DNA of 63,103 nucleotides, counting the filler, from Reticulomyxa filosa (Eukaryota; Protista; Foraminifera), in the NCBI GenBank assembly GCA_000512085.1. It is 23 parts of 23 records of this genome, joined end to end, with 100 filler letters (N's around TTAATTAATTAA, not from the genome) between each part and the next. Parts side by side here need not be neighbours in the genome. Positions count along the whole stretch, not along the records: positions 60,736 to 61,989 come from ASPP01039649.1; positions 62,090 to 63,103 come from ASPP01049080.1; 21 more parts are not named here. One strand, 5' to 3'. Shown here one piece after another: positions 61,830 through 63,103 of the stretch. Made by a program: the position numbers and the translations under genes. Numbering within the stretch: the first letter of the stretch is position 1; every line of letters begins with the position of its first letter. A model generated the notes under the pieces. The model ran no database searches, was not told the DNA's origin, and saw nothing but the letters and a program-made list of their open reading frames with translations.

Positions 61830-63103
61830 TAGCTTGCAAATCGTTTAGCTTTCATTTTACTTTTTAATCAAAATCAACTTTTTGAAATGATCACAAACTT
61901 GTGAAATAGATTAATTACTGTCATTATCATAAGCTCAGAAATAAGTACAAATTGATATCTACAAGTCTTGTAGTTTTTAAATATAATATNNNNNNNNNNN
62001 NNNNNNNNNNNNNNNNNNNNNNNNNNNNNNNNNTTAATTAATTAANNNNNNNNNNNNNNNNNNNNNNNNNNNNNNNNNNNNNNNNNNNNAAATTCTAGTA
62101 AATGATAACTTTTGCAAATAAAGTCATTGTGTGAACAGAGTAATTTATTTCTAAGTATATATTGCTGCATTTAGTGAGGTTACTTTAAAGTGGATAATAA
62201 ATGGTTTTAAACCAATTGCTATGTAAACCAAGGAATTGCAAACTGTTGTATACTCTGCATTTCCAAAAATACCCCTTTTCTTCATGTTTTTTAGCTTTAT
62301 AGCCTATTTATGAATGTACTCTTCGTCAAAAAAAATTGAGGTGATATACTTAAATGCACAAACGTGAAGAAAATATCAAAATAAAGTCTATATTTGCGAC
62401 AGAGTTTTTGTGATATAGTGTTTTAAATATTTTTTAATTGGCCGATGCAAAATTTATTTTAAAATTATTTGTGCTTTGATTAATCCTTTAAATTTGAACA
62501 TTTTTTTCCTTCTTGCTGTTTAAAACAGTGCAGTTCAACTGGATTATTTGTTAAAATTACAACCAAAAAAGGGCCCTACTGTTGTTAGTTGGTTGTATTT
62601 TAACATTAAACAATGCGAACACTTTTCAAATTGGAAAATAAAATATATTCCAATTAAATCAAATTTTGGAGAAAATGAAATAACTCACTCACAACAATAA
62701 CTTTGTGCTGATTCATTAATTAACTCTTCGAATATTTGCATGCAGTTTTTCTTCTCCTGGAAATATTTATCATTTTTAAATATTTGAATAAAAATGAAAG
62801 AATATAAAAGTTAACAACAAAGATTTGTAAATTTAATGATTTTTTTGTTCTTTAGTAACTAATTTTTGAAAAAGAAATTTTGCAACAACGTTAAAGCTAT
62901 TTTACAAAAGAATCAATCAAATGAAACAGGTTTAATATCAACTTACTTTTCTTTTAATCAAACTTTTCAAACAAAAACACTTTCAGTTCTTATTCGACAA
63001 AAAAAGTAAATTTCCCCAAATACAAATGGGACCATTACTTAAACCATAACACAAATTTAAATCATATTTAACATTCATTGTATTCTCTTTCTTTTTCGAT
63101 CCA

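Noticed and set aside
1369-62089. Regularly recurring TTAATTAATTAA motif as a CRISPR-like or biological repeat
   Set aside because: Always centred in exactly 100 bp of N padding. It is an artificial six-frame-stop linker.
1-63103. tRNA, rRNA or other structured RNA genes
   Set aside because: None recognised by eye. tRNAscan-SE and Infernal/Rfam would be needed to exclude divergent ones.

Overview
This is not one locus. It is 23 short contigs joined by 22 artificial 100-bp spacers (N44-TTAATTAATTAA-N44), so adjacency across spacers has no biological meaning. Twenty-two contigs are AT-rich eukaryotic DNA: standard genetic code, short GT-AG introns filled with (TA)n/(TAYA)n or poly-A/T, and many pseudogene fragments. 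The TRAF-Zn, Kelch-like, WD40, CAP-Gly and RNF213-like families point to a foraminiferan such as Reticulomyxa filosa (inference). One contig (43550-45750) is GC-rich bacterial DNA with a PotABCD-like ABC transporter operon. Recognisable host genes: an SLC12 cation-chloride cotransporter, a secreted bacterial-type alpha/beta-hydrolase, a spastin-like AAA ATPase, Costars/ABRACL, a Kelch-WD40 fusion, an STK16-like kinase, IleRS with a likely mitochondrial presequence, acyl-CoA dehydrogenase, ERGIC3, a divergent DDI1, a ricin-B lectin and HslU. The top candidate for an undescribed system is a spliced gene (37705-40762) joining a CHAT caspase-like protease with intact His/Cys dyad, a STAND-like P-loop NTPase and a STAT-type linker-SH2 module, i.e. 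a possible phosphotyrosine-gated NLR/apoptosome-like protease. Reading the non-coding DNA also shows small TG...CA solo-LTR-like elements with 4- and 5-bp target-site duplications, a complete TA-flanked MITE, decayed LINE and Penelope-like relics, and two long palindromes. All family calls come from motif recognition by eye; no searches were run.
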